IMG/VR virus record: IMGVR_UViG_3300046787_000302
Location: 64,001 to 128,000 of that record
Reading direction: 5' to 3' (one strand)
Length of the DNA: 64,000 nucleotides
Origin: a virus
Lineage: Duplodnaviria; Heunggongvirae; Uroviricota; Caudoviricetes
The translations under genes were made by a program, and so were the position numbers. The first letter of the stretch is position 1, and each line of letters starts with the position of its first letter. This document shows, one piece after another, positions 64,000 to 64,000 of this stretch. Below the pieces are notes generated by a model, which saw only the letters and a program-made list of their open reading frames with translations, had not been told where the DNA came from and did no database searches.

Positions 64000-64000
64000 T

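Noticed and set aside
1-64000. Stop-codon reassignment (TAG=Gln or TGA=Trp), known in some crAss-like phages
   Set aside because: The giant ORFs and all enzymes are intact in code 11, and both TAG (e.g. 37717, 48402, 55380) and TGA (e.g. 26557, 54284) terminate genes at tight operon junctions.

Overview
This window is a segment of a large crAss-like (Crassvirales-related) dsDNA phage genome, very probably infecting a Bacteroidota host, and it reads in the standard genetic code. It has four blocks. (1) 1-25558 (+): giant virion/ejected proteins, including a 2838-aa single-chain virion RNA polymerase (GSDFDVDK catalytic motif, C-terminal HELLH zincin domain). (2) 25587-38301 (-): replication and nucleotide metabolism (dNMP kinase, dUTPase, PolB, PD-(D/E)XK nuclease, GIY-YIG, primase, SSB-like protein, Sak4-like ATPase, DnaB). 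(3) 38441-49726 (+): LRR-like fibre, FkbM methyltransferase, GT32-like glycosyltransferase, lysis cassette with a GH19 endolysin, then an 8-gene envelope module (CsgG-family protein, cohesin/dockerin-like secreted protein, T9SS-CTD-like lipoprotein, Ser/Thr-stalk beta-barrel-like protein). (4) 49716-64000 (-): MoxR/vWA pair, UDG, SF2 helicase, a DUF6915/DUF6878/DUF6745-like cassette, HNH, a spore-photoproduct-lyase-like radical SAM protein and many small ORFs. The best candidate for an undescribed system is the CsgG-centred outer-membrane module. Other notable signals are head-to-tail terminal cysteines on the giant ejected proteins, strong AATT avoidance and the DUF cassette. All family assignments are from motif recognition by eye; no database search was run.
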